Origin: Parcubacteria group bacterium
GTDB lineage: Bacteria; Patescibacteriota; Minisyncoccia; UBA6257; Colwellbacteraceae
Length of the DNA stretch: 64,000 nucleotides
Assembly: GCA_041649615.1 (NCBI GenBank)
Contig: JBAZMT010000001.1
Coordinates: forward strand, 26,981-90,980
Direction: 5' to 3'
Part shown: positions 39,379-49,336 of the stretch, in pieces
Layout: each line of letters opens with the position of its first letter
How positions within the stretch are numbered: position 1 is the first letter of the stretch
Position numbers and translations under genes: made by a program
Notes under the pieces: generated by a model
The model's input: the letters and a program-made list of their open reading frames with translations, nothing else
Database searches by the model: none
Told to the model about the DNA's origin: nothing

Positions 39379-40818
39379 TCAGATATTAACTATTTCACCG
39401 GAATGGACGTTATTGAAAGAGCCCTCTTCAAAAGCGATTTCGCCGTTTACAATCGTGATTTCCGGTCGGTTGTTTTTAACAATGGTGATATCGGCGGCAT
39501 ATCCTTCCTTGATAACGCCTCTTTTTCTAAAACCCAAAATACGCGCGGGGGCGGAAAGCTTTTTGCCCACGAGTTCAGGCCGAATTCCCAGCCGGTCGGA
39601 GAGCCGGATAAATTCGGCAAAGGGATCGGAAAGTTCCCTGTGTTTTATGGATATTTTTGACATCGGACTCCAGCCGGAGCTGCCGATAATGCTTCTTCCG
39701 TGAGAAGCGATCTTTTCTATCAGTTCTCTATCAGCCATACGCGTTAAAAATTCCGTATCCGCGCCGCACATCGAAACGATGCGGACAAAGGCTTCTTCAG
39801 GGACTATTCCCCTATTTGCCGCAAATTCGGCGACCGATTTTCCCAGGAGAAACTTCATTTCTTTTCGCGGCGCAGAAAAGATAAACGTCTCCTGCGGATC
39901 GAAGGCTCGGGTTCTTTTAGAAAGAAAACCGAAAAACCTTTTTTTCTTCAAAGCGTCAATAAGCCCAACAGATTTTTCTCTGTTAACGGATTTCGGGAGA
40001 ATATCTGCGGCCTTGAAGCGATGGTAGGGATAAGGCGAAAAAGAGAAAGCAAATTCCGCTTTGGGAGATTTTCTCTCAATGGCGTTAACGATTTTTTCAA
40101 AAGCGGAGGCGGAAGAGAGCGAACCGTTCAAGTTTCCGATGATGACTTTAATGCCGGATTCAGCGAAGGGCGCGTAAGATTTATCTTCGGCGGAAAGAGG
40201 AATGAAAGCCGTTTTGTTTTCCTTGAGAAGAATATTTTTCAGGGTATTCAATTCTTCTTCAGAAGCGTCAAATTCGGCAAATCCCCTGTCGCCCACCGAT
40301 ACGCCGACCGAATTATCGGCAAATTCTTGTCCTAGGATGTGAGACAAGACGCCAATTTCTTTTACGCCCAGATTTCTCGGCTTTGGCGTAAGAGAACGCC
40401 TTAAAGTTTCATAGCCTAAAAAACTCGTGAAATTGACGCCCGGATGAAGCGTTTGCACCGAATTCAGATATTCACCCATTCCCCGCCAGCCGGCATTTGA
40501 GGAAGAAACGTCTCCTGCATACATAGCGGGGGCTAAAGACTTGCCTTCGGCGCCGCAAACTATAGTGGTAACTCCCTGTCTTAAAAAATCCGCCTGATCG
40601 GGTTCGCTCAAAAGCGACAAACGATGATCGGAGACGGATGAAATATCTATAAACCCCGGGAAAATCAAGCTTCCGGTTGCCGAAATGATGCGATTGGCTT
40701 TGTATGCCGGAAAATCTCCCAAAGCAGCGATGCGGCGGCCGATAATGAGCACGTCGCTTTTTTTCGGCGCGCCACCCAAACCGTCAATAACTTCGCCACC
40801 TTTGATAAGGAGAGACAT
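39379..40818 (-). CDS. N-acyl-D-amino-acid deacylase-like amidohydrolase, probably inactive
   Basis: LIKGGEVIDG, PGFID, QGVTT, RGVIKEGYAADI; the HxH metal motif reads ISSVSD. Confidence 0.75.
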   Translation of the reverse strand: MSLLIKGGEVIDGLGGAPKKSDVLIIGRRIAALGDFPAYKANRIISATGSLIFPGFIDISSVSDHRLSLLSEPDQADFLRQGVTTIVCGAEGKSLAPAMYAGDVSSSNAGWRGMGEYLNSVQTLHPGVNFTSFLGYETLRRSLTPKPRNLGVKEIGVLSHILGQEFADNSVGVSVGDRGFAEFDASEEELNTLKNILLKENKTAFIPLSAEDKSYAPFAESGIKVIIGNLNGSLSSASAFEKIVNAIERKSPKAEFAFSFSPYPYHRFKAADILPKSVNREKSVGLIDALKKKRFFGFLSKRTRAFDPQETFIFSAPRKEMKFLLGKSVAEFAANRGIVPEEAFVRIVSMCGADTEFLTRMADRELIEKIASHGRSIIGSSGWSPMSKISIKHRELSDPFAEFIRLSDRLGIRPELVGKKLSAPARILGFRKRGVIKEGYAADITIVKNNRPEITIVNGEIAFEEGSFNNVHSGEIVNI

Positions 40819-40892
40819 TGCTCCATTATAACTCAAATCTTAAAACTCAAATGTCAAAACCGAAGCATATAAACCCTAAAACTGTGGAAAAG

Positions 40893-41942
40893 TTAAATTA
40901 TCCTATCTAGAAAGAACAGGATGAGGCCGGCGCCGGCGGTAACTCCGGAAATAATCCAAAAACGCATAGTGATTTGGGATTCAGGCATGCCTTTCGCTTC
41001 AAAGTGATGATGAATCGGCGTAGAGAGGAAAAGTTTCTTTTTAAATATCTTCTTGTAAATCATTTGGATGATAACGGAGAGGGATTCAATGACCATGACG
41101 AGAGCGAAGAAAGGAAGAAGGATGACCGTGTTCGTGAGCAAAGCGATTACGCCCATGGTAATCCCCAAAGCCATTGAACCGGTATCGCCCATGAAAAATT
41201 TGGTCGGATAGACGTTGTTCCAAAGAAAAGCGATCATGGCTCCGATCATGGCTCCCGTAAAAGCCGCAAGATCGTATCGGCCGAGAACGAAGGCTATCAC
41301 GGCGAGCGCTCCAAAAGCGAAAATTGATACTCCTCCCAGAAGCCCGTCCAGACCATCCGTTTCGTTTGCGGAAAAAGCGCTCGCGGCAATGATGAAAATA
41401 AAAATGGGAATATACCAAAGCCCGATATCGACGGCACCGAAGAAAGGGATATTCAACACGTGCCAATCCAAGTGGGTCGGCGAATAAAACCACCAAGCGC
41501 CAAAGGCCCCCAAAGCCGCATAAAGAAGAAGTTTGTGTTTTACGGAGAGTCCTCCTCCTTTGGGTCCGATCCTAAAAACGCCAAGCAAATCGTCCGCCAG
41601 TCCCACAAGAGCGGCGATAATCATCGCGGCAAGGGGTAAATAAGTTTCCGCCCGATCTATAAAATTAAGGTTTTCGTATATGCCGCCAAGGATTTTACTT
41701 GCAAGAAACATTAAGACGGCAGTCGCAAGAACGGTTCCCCAGATAATCACTCCTCCCATGGTCGGAGTTCCTTCTTTTTTGGCATGAAGAGCGGACATAA
41801 CCGGAGCGGAAGAAGCGTCTCTTATCTGTTTTTTAAGACCGAATCGGCGCAATAATTTCAAAATCAGCGGCGTAACCGCAATGGCTATGGCAAAAGCCGT
41901 CATCGTGACGGCAAGAACTTTAATCGCCTGAGTCAGTATCAT
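40893..41942 (-). CDS. mraY: phospho-N-acetylmuramoyl-pentapeptide transferase
   Basis: KEGTPTMGG, DD, NETDGLDGL, FMGDTGS, PIHHHFE. Confidence 0.96.
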   Translation of the reverse strand: MILTQAIKVLAVTMTAFAIAIAVTPLILKLLRRFGLKKQIRDASSAPVMSALHAKKEGTPTMGGVIIWGTVLATAVLMFLASKILGGIYENLNFIDRAETYLPLAAMIIAALVGLADDLLGVFRIGPKGGGLSVKHKLLLYAALGAFGAWWFYSPTHLDWHVLNIPFFGAVDIGLWYIPIFIFIIAASAFSANETDGLDGLLGGVSIFAFGALAVIAFVLGRYDLAAFTGAMIGAMIAFLWNNVYPTKFFMGDTGSMALGITMGVIALLTNTVILLPFFALVMVIESLSVIIQMIYKKIFKKKLFLSTPIHHHFEAKGMPESQITMRFWIISGVTAGAGLILFFLDRII

Positions 41943-42852
41943 CGTTTAAGAACCGAATTATTTTTTCGGCCTCCGTAATTCTATCATCCGCTCCGAGAAT
42001 GATAACGGCATAAGGTTTTCCTTTGACCGAAAAGACGGCAATGAGATTTTCGTTGGCGTCTTCGGTAAAGCCGGTTTTACCTCCCAGAAAATCGTTTCTC
42101 GCGGCAAGAGAATTAATATTCGTCAGACGAACGCTTTTATTGGAATTGAGCTCTTTGATAATGGTGGTTTTTCTGGAAGAAACGGAGAAAAGTTCCGGGT
42201 GAGCGCTCCAGGCATATTCCACGAGCAAGCTAAGATCGTTCGCGGTTCCCTGATTCAGCATGGAAAGCCCGGTGGTCTCCACAAAATGAGTGGCGTTCAT
42301 TCCGAGCTCCGCGGCTTTCCTATTCATAGCTTCCACGAATTGACCGGCCGGCATATTTTCGGACAATGCCACGGCCGCATCGTTTGAAGAGACGACCATC
42401 ATCGCGTAAATAAGGTCTTCAACCGAATATTTCTCCCCTTCCATAAATCCGCCGGAAACACCTTCGGTCGCAATGGCAGTTCCTGAAAAAACTATTTTTT
42501 GATTTAAATCCATTTTCTCCAAAGCCACGATGGAGCTCATTAATTTGGAAAGAGAGGCAAGAGGCCATTTTTCCGTTTTACGGAGAGAAAAGATTTCTTC
42601 TCCGGAAGACAGATCGGTGACCATGCCCGCCTGCATGGACAAATTTTCGGGCGTTTTCGGTTCTTTTTTGCCGGGAAGTTCTCCCGCTCCCGGAAGAGAG
42701 GGATTTTCAGCGGAAGGAATTGAAGAAACAATATTTGCCATTGTGTTCGTGTTTTTACCGTCGGAAGAAAAAGCCGCTAACCCTAATTTAGCGCCTAAAC
42801 CGACGAGAAGAAAGACGGCTCCAAAAATTACGGCTTTAACGGTATTACTCAT
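41920..42852 (-). CDS. D-alanyl-D-alanine carboxypeptidase (S11)
   Basis: SLSK (SxxK), SSN, KTG. Confidence 0.88.
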   Translation of the reverse strand: MSNTVKAVIFGAVFLLVGLGAKLGLAAFSSDGKNTNTMANIVSSIPSAENPSLPGAGELPGKKEPKTPENLSMQAGMVTDLSSGEEIFSLRKTEKWPLASLSKLMSSIVALEKMDLNQKIVFSGTAIATEGVSGGFMEGEKYSVEDLIYAMMVVSSNDAAVALSENMPAGQFVEAMNRKAAELGMNATHFVETTGLSMLNQGTANDLSLLVEYAWSAHPELFSVSSRKTTIIKELNSNKSVRLTNINSLAARNDFLGGKTGFTEDANENLIAVFSVKGKPYAVIILGADDRITEAEKIIRFLNDDTDSGD

Positions 42853-43378
42853 TTTCTATTTCTTCTTTTAATTTCTGGTATTTATCAAACTCAGGTAGTT
42901 CGTTCTTATCCGAGATTCCCAAATGTCTTATGAGATCCGCGGTCGGCCGGTAAAGATAAGCATTTGTTTTTTTGGGATGAGGAATTCGTTCGATCAGTCC
43001 GCGGATCAATAGATTCCGCAAAGTGAAACTTGAATTCACTCCTCTTATATATTCTAGCGAAGATTTGGAAATAGGGCTAAGGTAACTTATAAGCGATAAC
43101 GTTTCAAGAGCGGCCGGAGTCAGACTCTCGTGGATTTCCGTTTTCACGAGTTCTTCCAGAATAGGAGATAATTCGGGTTTGGTCGCAAGTTGTATGCCCG
43201 AATCGTGCGAGACAAGATGAATGCCGCTTTTTTCGGAAGCGTATTTTTGTTTTAAAGATTCTACAGCCTCTGAAACTTTTTCTTCTTTTTCATGGACGAT
43301 GCTCGCGAGTTTTTTAAGACTAACGGGATCTTCTATCGCGAAAAGCACCGCTTCAATTTTTTGTTCCGTGTTATCCAT
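42845..43378 (-). CDS. scpB: segregation and condensation protein B
   Basis: IEAVLF, LETLSLISY, IRGVNS. Confidence 0.93.
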   Translation of the reverse strand: MDNTEQKIEAVLFAIEDPVSLKKLASIVHEKEEKVSEAVESLKQKYASEKSGIHLVSHDSGIQLATKPELSPILEELVKTEIHESLTPAALETLSLISYLSPISKSSLEYIRGVNSSFTLRNLLIRGLIERIPHPKKTNAYLYRPTADLIRHLGISDKNELPEFDKYQKLKEEIENE

Positions 43379-44066
43379 TGGGCGTTATCGTTATTTCCGA
43401 GAAGGGACTGTCTTGGCTGATGCTCACCTTATTATCTTTTAAGAGATGCAAAAGCGCCAAAAATAAAACAATCACTTCGTTTTTATTTCTGTTTTCGGCG
43501 ACACTGCCGAATTTGGAAACGCTTTTGCCGATCCTCGTAATGAGTTCCGAGACATAAGCTTCAAAATTAAGAGGTTCGTAGTCCTCGTATTGAGTTTTCA
43601 GAGCCGTAATGGAAGAGCGCATCGCGGCGATTGAGGCAAGAAGAGAAGGCAAGCTGATTTCCGAAGATGGAATGAAAACGGGGTTTTGTTCCAAAGGAGT
43701 CGGGTCTTTTGCAAAAGATATCCGATTTTTTTTCCAAAGACTCAAAAAGTTTTCCTCGGCATCCTTCAGCGATTTATAAATTATGAGCCGCCTTTCAAGG
43801 TCTTTTATCCCTTCCTCTTCTTCGGGAGTGAGCTCAAAATCGGGAATCAACGTTCTTGATTTAATGAGAATCAGTTTGGCGGCTACGGCAATGAAATCCG
43901 CGAGAAGACGAGGCTCGTCATTTTCCACGATCTTAAGATAATCCAAAAAATCGCCGGTAATTTTCGCCAGGTTTATTTCGGTTATCTCGTATTTTTTATC
44001 TTCTATGAATTCAAGAAGCTTTTGAATGGGTCCCTTAAATCCGGTTGTTTCAATTTCGTAGGCCAT
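43371..44066 (-). CDS. scpA: segregation and condensation protein A
   Basis: FKGPIQKLL, LIKSRTLIP, FLALLHL, QDSPFSEI. Confidence 0.92.
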   Translation of the reverse strand: MAYEIETTGFKGPIQKLLEFIEDKKYEITEINLAKITGDFLDYLKIVENDEPRLLADFIAVAAKLILIKSRTLIPDFELTPEEEEGIKDLERRLIIYKSLKDAEENFLSLWKKNRISFAKDPTPLEQNPVFIPSSEISLPSLLASIAAMRSSITALKTQYEDYEPLNFEAYVSELITRIGKSVSKFGSVAENRNKNEVIVLFLALLHLLKDNKVSISQDSPFSEITITPNG

Positions 44067-44067
44067 T

Positions 44068-45441
44068 TTAATAATTGGTTTTGAGCCAGTTTAAAATTTT
44101 AACGGTATCCGAATGGACGTCTTCCGACCCCAAAACGATAATCGCTACCGGACGTTCTTCGCCGGACAAATCAAGATTAAAAACGCTAAGGAACGTTTCT
44201 TTGGCGGCCGAAGTCTTCCCTATTTTCCCGCCGAAGAAAGAAGGATCGTCCCCGAAAAGGTTGAAATTTGAAAGGTTGCTGAAGGAAGGCCTTCCGTAGA
44301 CGGAATCTTTGAGGTCGCCCGAAGATATTTTCAAAATGAAGTTGCGGTTGTTATACAAATATTTTGCGAGATTAAAGAGTTCTACGGCGTTGCTTTTGTT
44401 TCCTTCGCTTGATCCCGAAGGGTCCGTGAAGGCGGTTTTATCCATTCCGATAGCTTTCGCTTTTTTGTTCATAAGCGATATGAACCGGTCTCGTCCCAGG
44501 TGATCTGCAAATGTTTCAGCCGCTTCGTTTGACGACTCTAAAAGAAGGGGGAACAAGAGATCATAAGCAGTAACGCTCATGCCGGCCGTTAAACGCGGCG
44601 TAGAAGTTTTGACTAACGCTTCTTCGGGAACAACCACGTTCGCTTCAAGATTGATGTATTCTCCGGCAATCAAGGCGGTCATAATTTTCGTGATAGAGGC
44701 GATCGGAAGAATGTCCCCCGAATCTTTTTCAAGCAGGACGTGATTGTTTTTTAAGTCAGCTACCAGGAAAGAATTGGTAGTCAGGTCGGAGGGACCGAGA
44801 CTGTAAACAAAATCATCGGCGTAGAAATCGCGTTCAAAAACGATGACGGGCATTCCGATATGCGCAAGGCGAAATATGTTTTCGGCAGATTCATCGGAAA
44901 GCCTGATGCAACCGCCCGAGAAGCTGGATTCAACCGGCCGTCCATCGGGATAATAGGGCCAGCCGTGAATGAAGAAATTTCCTTGAAAGGACATGCTCCA
45001 AGGCTGGTACACTCTCCCGAAAGAAGAGAAATGATTTTTCTCCATGGTTTCAATTTTGTATATGCCGGCCGGCGTTTCCCACCAGGAGCCTTCTTTTCCT
45101 TTGGTCAAGATGGGCGCTTCGTATTCCAAGTTACCTTTGAGGTAAACGCGAATAGTCATGTCCGATAAATTGGCTTCAATAAAGTCCGCTTCGTTTTTAA
45201 CGAAAGATTCTTTAACGTCCGTAAAAAAATCGGGGTTGGCCAGAGCGGGCAGTGCGCCGAATTCAAGTTCTTCCGGATTGGGAGAAGTGTTGCCGACAAA
45301 AAGAGAATAATTAACGTTCTCCCGAAAAACGGACATAAAAACGGAAAATCCGACAACCAAAAAAGCGAGCAAAGTCAAAACTATGCTTAGAGGAATTTTA
45401 GCGTTTAAAATATCTTTTATCTTTCTAACGGCAACCATCAT
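44068..45441 (-). CDS. L,D-transpeptidase (YkuD) fused to S11 DD-carboxypeptidase
   Basis: TPAG, FIHGW...SGGCIRL; then SITK, SSN, KIG. Confidence 0.85.
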   Translation of the reverse strand: MMVAVRKIKDILNAKIPLSIVLTLLAFLVVGFSVFMSVFRENVNYSLFVGNTSPNPEELEFGALPALANPDFFTDVKESFVKNEADFIEANLSDMTIRVYLKGNLEYEAPILTKGKEGSWWETPAGIYKIETMEKNHFSSFGRVYQPWSMSFQGNFFIHGWPYYPDGRPVESSFSGGCIRLSDESAENIFRLAHIGMPVIVFERDFYADDFVYSLGPSDLTTNSFLVADLKNNHVLLEKDSGDILPIASITKIMTALIAGEYINLEANVVVPEEALVKTSTPRLTAGMSVTAYDLLFPLLLESSNEAAETFADHLGRDRFISLMNKKAKAIGMDKTAFTDPSGSSEGNKSNAVELFNLAKYLYNNRNFILKISSGDLKDSVYGRPSFSNLSNFNLFGDDPSFFGGKIGKTSAAKETFLSVFNLDLSGEERPVAIIVLGSEDVHSDTVKILNWLKTNY

Positions 45442-46641
45442 TTAGATACCCTTAAATCCTTCTTTTTGATCGTAATTGTTTTTGGGATCCCACATCATCC
45501 AGCCGGCATCGGAAGTGTCCTCCACGGCTTTGATCTGGGCTCTTACCTGATCTTCTCCGTATTCATATCCCAAATTGAAATCCTGAAGCCACGGACGAAG
45601 TTTTGTTTCCGGAAGTTCCCCTTCCGGCACGAGCGCTTGGATTCTTTTTTCCGCCGATTCGCCGGAATATTTTACCACTTCGTAAGGAAAAGCGGCAGGG
45701 TTTTTATAACCGATAAAGCCGGAAGCGAAGTGCGAAGGATAAACCATGGGACAAATGAAATCAAAATTACCGTAAGCATCCTCAAGATATTGGCCGATAC
45801 CCATATCATCCGAAGCACTCGTTACAAGACCGAACAAGTCGGCCGAAATAACTTCTCCCTTAAGCGCCTCCCTAAGATAGACAAAGAAATCTTTAATCGC
45901 TTCTCTTTTGGTTTTAATTCCGTTGTAAAAAGGAAAAGACATTTCGGAGAGAGCTCCGTCCGAAGGAAAACGCACGTAATCAAAATTCACTTCGTCAAAG
46001 CCTTTGGCAAAAGCGTTTTTGGCGATCGCAATGTTATAATCCCAAACTTCTTTTGAGGACGGATCCATCCAGGCAAGTTTTTTGTTATCTACCCAAATTT
46101 CTCCCGTTTTGGAATCTTTAACGGCGAGATCCGGTCGCGCAATCGCGAGCACGGGATCTTGAAAAACGACTACCCTCGCTATCACGTACACGTTTTCGGC
46201 ATGCAGTTTCGCGATAAGGGCGTCAACGTCTTTTATTTTCGGACTTTCGGTTTTATATTTCGCGATTTCGGGATCATTTGTTCTGTAAGCGATATAGCCG
46301 GAGAAGTCCTTAATATCTATGACTATCGCGTTGATTCCGGTTTCTTTGATGACTCGCAAAAGATAATCCACTTTGGAAGCTGATCCGGCAGACCAAGCAG
46401 TGGCGTAAATGGCTTTCACTTTTTCCGGCGGAATGGCGAGTTTTTCAGCCGACAGCGTAATTTCTCCGGCGCTTTCGCTTTCTACAGGCAGTACGGGATT
46501 TTCTTCTTCGGAAGAAACCGTTACCCCTGAAAAATCTTCCGTCCCGATAACGGGGTTTTTCAATTTTTCGCCAAAAATCAAAAAAGCGGCAACCGCCGCT
46601 ACAGTGATAAAAAAGATGAAGAAGACGGCTTTTTTCACCAT
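45442..46641 (-). CDS. putative glycoside hydrolase (DUF4015-like)
   Basis: NAIVIDIKD, GFDEVNFDYVRFP, PMVYPSH, RPWLQDF. Confidence 0.8.
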   Translation of the reverse strand: MVKKAVFFIFFITVAAVAAFLIFGEKLKNPVIGTEDFSGVTVSSEEENPVLPVESESAGEITLSAEKLAIPPEKVKAIYATAWSAGSASKVDYLLRVIKETGINAIVIDIKDFSGYIAYRTNDPEIAKYKTESPKIKDVDALIAKLHAENVYVIARVVVFQDPVLAIARPDLAVKDSKTGEIWVDNKKLAWMDPSSKEVWDYNIAIAKNAFAKGFDEVNFDYVRFPSDGALSEMSFPFYNGIKTKREAIKDFFVYLREALKGEVISADLFGLVTSASDDMGIGQYLEDAYGNFDFICPMVYPSHFASGFIGYKNPAAFPYEVVKYSGESAEKRIQALVPEGELPETKLRPWLQDFNLGYEYGEDQVRAQIKAVEDTSDAGWMMWDPKNNYDQKEGFKGI

Positions 46642-46689
46642 AAAAGCGCCTTTATTTTACATTCATTTGACTTATAATGAAAGCATAAA

Positions 46690-47796
46690 ATGGCTTTCGC
46701 GATGTATCGGCGGTATCGCCCCACAAAGATATCGGAGGTTGCGGGGCAAGACTCCGTCTCCGAGGTAATAAAAAACGCCGCTAAAACGGGAAGACTTGCG
46801 CATGCTTATCTTTTTTACGGACCGAGAGGCACCGGAAAAACATCAGTCGCGCGAATACTCGCGAAGTTGGCAAATTGCGAAAAGAGAAAAAACGATCCGG
46901 CGTTCAGAAAAGAAGGAGAGCCGTGCAACGAGTGCCCGCGCTGCCGAGAAATAGATGAAGGAAGATCGCTTGACGTCATAGAAATTGACGCCGCCTCTAA
47001 CAGAGGGATAGACGAAATAAGAGAATTGAAAGAAGGAGCGAGATTGACGCCCGCGTATTCCGAAAGAAAAGTATTCATCATTGACGAAGCTCATCAGTTA
47101 ACCAAAGAAGCGTTCAACGCTCTTCTAAAAATCCTTGAAGAGCCGCCGGCGCACGTAATGTTTATTTTGGCGACGACCGAATATGACAAATTGCCCGCAA
47201 CGATCGTTTCAAGAACCCAGCGTTTTTCTTTCAAAAGAGCCTCTATCGGGAAGATAATGGAAAAACTCAAAACCATTTCCAAGGCGGAAGGAGTGAAAAT
47301 AAGCGATGATGCGCTTGAGGTTATCGCTTCGGCCGCGGAAGGAAGTTTCAGGGACGCGGAATCGCTTTTTGAACAAGTAGTGGCAATGGAAGACGAGAAC
47401 ATCACTCTTTCCGAAGTGGAGCGGATTTTGGGAAAAGCCGGTTCGCAGAAAACCGAATTACTCGCGGAAAAAATCGTGAACAAAGATTTACCTGGCGCTT
47501 TGGAAACGCTTGCGCGCATAAACGAGGAAGGATACAACCTTTCGCAACTCACGAAAGATTTGATCCATTACTTAAGAAGAGTCTTAGTTGTTTCTTACAG
47601 TCCCAGAATGGCGGACTTATTTAAAGATGAAGTCACTTCGGAGACGGCAAAAAAAATAACGCAAAGCGCCGAAGAGTGCGACAGAGAAAAATTGATCGTC
47701 GCGTTAAGGGCGTTGATTGAGGCGTACGGAGAAATAAAATACTCCCCTTTCGCCATTATTCCATTGGAAGTGGCGATAGTGGAAAGCCTTAAGTAA
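46690..47796 (+). CDS. dnaX: DNA polymerase III subunit gamma/tau
   Basis: YRRYRP, GPRGTGKTS, zinc Cys cluster, EIDAAS, IIDEAH. Confidence 0.95.
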   Translation: MAFAMYRRYRPTKISEVAGQDSVSEVIKNAAKTGRLAHAYLFYGPRGTGKTSVARILAKLANCEKRKNDPAFRKEGEPCNECPRCREIDEGRSLDVIEIDAASNRGIDEIRELKEGARLTPAYSERKVFIIDEAHQLTKEAFNALLKILEEPPAHVMFILATTEYDKLPATIVSRTQRFSFKRASIGKIMEKLKTISKAEGVKISDDALEVIASAAEGSFRDAESLFEQVVAMEDENITLSEVERILGKAGSQKTELLAEKIVNKDLPGALETLARINEEGYNLSQLTKDLIHYLRRVLVVSYSPRMADLFKDEVTSETAKKITQSAEECDREKLIVALRALIEAYGEIKYSPFAIIPLEVAIVESLK

Positions 47797-47814
47797 GTTC
47801 AAAATTTCTAATTT

Positions 47815-48180
47815 TCAATTTCTAAACTTTCTCGCATCTTCTACTCGCTCGTAGCCATCAAAATAAACTTTATCTTCCGATAAAACTTTAACCACTTTAT
47901 AACGCCCTTTTGTCCAGACTTCGCCGTTACGAAGGAAGTGAGCGCTCTCCAAAATAATCACGCTCGCTTTCGGTTTGGATAAAACTCCCCCGCCTTTAGT
48001 TTCGCGAAGCGGGATTTCGCCCAAAAGCCAATAATGTTTCTGCCCGTTTTTAAGAAACGGATATTCTTTTCCTTCTTCCAGAGCTTCGGGGAGGCATTCG
48101 CTTTCTTCTCTCCTTCCCTCTTTGAGTTCCTTGATATTTCGGAGCGCAAGATCGGGACAATATTCGGCAATAATGGCCAT
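47815..48180 (-). CDS. hypothetical protein
   Basis: 121-aa ORF with protein-like composition. Confidence 0.7.
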   Translation of the reverse strand: MAIIAEYCPDLALRNIKELKEGRREESECLPEALEEGKEYPFLKNGQKHYWLLGEIPLRETKGGGVLSKPKASVIILESAHFLRNGEVWTKGRYKVVKVLSEDKVYFDGYERVEDARKFRN

Positions 48181-48252
48181 GACGGGTTAATTTTGCCATA
48201 TGAAGGGACATATGTTAATCTCCCTCTAGTTTTTTGAAAGGAGATATGCGTC

Positions 48253-48633
48253 ATGTTCCAGGTCATAATTCTCGCGAGTCCTCAATTTGTTGAGGCGTTA
48301 TCGACCGATAGGTACAAGAACTGGAAAGAGACTCTTATCGGATTTATAACGTTTGCATGGCCGGCCGCAAAGGAAAGCACCATTCACCTTATAGTGATAA
48401 AGGCGGAATTCATTGAGGGATTAGATTTCCATATTGAGGTCTGCTACACTCCTGGACAATGGAAGTATGGGCGAAAGAAGTTCAATCCCGGCGAAGGAGA
48501 TAGAGATCATTTGTACAGAGTTTTGTATGAAAACCTGGACAATGTATTGCCGGGATTCAAATACTCTATCTGTCTCGTACCCAATGACAATGTTGTCTTT
48601 GGAACTCACGGGATTATTAAGACCGCCGAATAA
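48253..48633 (+). CDS. hypothetical protein
   Basis: GAAAGGAG SD, terminator at the stop codon. Confidence 0.65.
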   Translation: MFQVIILASPQFVEALSTDRYKNWKETLIGFITFAWPAAKESTIHLIVIKAEFIEGLDFHIEVCYTPGQWKYGRKKFNPGEGDRDHLYRVLYENLDNVLPGFKYSICLVPNDNVVFGTHGIIKTAE

Positions 48634-48646
48634 GGCGGTTTTTTTT
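48622..48646 (+). terminator. intrinsic terminator
   Basis: ACCGCC-gaataa-GGCGGT followed by a T-tract. Confidence 0.75.
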
Positions 48647-48686
48647 CTTGAAAAAAAGGAAAGCAGCTCGTAAAATTCCATTAGAT

Positions 48687-48760
48687 TGTCAGGTCGTCTA
48701 ATGGTAGGACAGCGGCCTTTGAAGCCGTGAATCATGGTTCGAATCCATGCCTGACAGCCA
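48687..48760 (+). tRNA. tRNA-Gln(TTG)
   Basis: TGTCAGG...GCGGC-CT-TTG-AA-GCCGT...GGTTCGAATCC...CCTGACA-GCCA. Confidence 0.95.
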
Positions 48761-48778
48761 ACTTGTAAAATACAATAC

Positions 48779-49225
48779 ATGAACAAAATAACACTTCACA
48801 ATCAATGGATTGTTAAAGCTCCTATAAACGATGTATTTAGAATAGTAACCGACTTCGAAAAATTCCCGGAGTATTTTCCAAGGGTGGCTGAATCAATACG
48901 GATTAATAAACGGGAGGGAAATTATTTAGAAATGGAAGCAACATTAAGATCGTTCGGTAAAAGATTTAAGGTAAAGATGAAGACTCAAATTCTTCCAGGT
49001 AAAGGCTTTATTTCGGACAATGACAGTTATCAGTTTGGGACTTCTGGACATGAAGAGTTGTTGCTTTCTGAACACCCTAAAGGAACTTTGATTGACTATA
49101 CCTATCAAGTCACCATTCATAAAAAATGGCTAGGTATAATCGCTGTACCTCTATTACGCTGGTATTCGATGAAAGCCTGGGAAAAAGCAGTTATTGATCA
49201 GCTTAAAAAGATTCTTGAGAAATAA
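48779..49225 (+). CDS. SRPBCC/START-like domain protein
   Basis: IVKAPINDVFRIVTDFEKFPEYFP. Confidence 0.8.
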   Translation: MNKITLHNQWIVKAPINDVFRIVTDFEKFPEYFPRVAESIRINKREGNYLEMEATLRSFGKRFKVKMKTQILPGKGFISDNDSYQFGTSGHEELLLSEHPKGTLIDYTYQVTIHKKWLGIIAVPLLRWYSMKAWEKAVIDQLKKILEK

Positions 49226-49279
49226 TGGTTCTAACATTGTCCAAGGCTTCCAGCATATGCCAGAATCCTGTCCGATATG

Positions 49280-49318
49280 AAAAGAAAAGAGCCTCCGCAA
49301 ATTTGCGGAGGCTCAAAA
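49280..49318. terminator. terminator between convergent genes
   Basis: GAGCCTCCGC-aaattt-GCGGAGGCTC with A-tracts. Confidence 0.7.
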
Positions 49319-49336
49319 GTCAAAAGGAACAAATTT

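Noticed and set aside
46690-47796. dnaX as a pseudogene or frameshifted gene
   Set aside because: Clean stop after the clamp-loader domains and no downstream tau-like frame; short DnaX is plausible in reduced genomes
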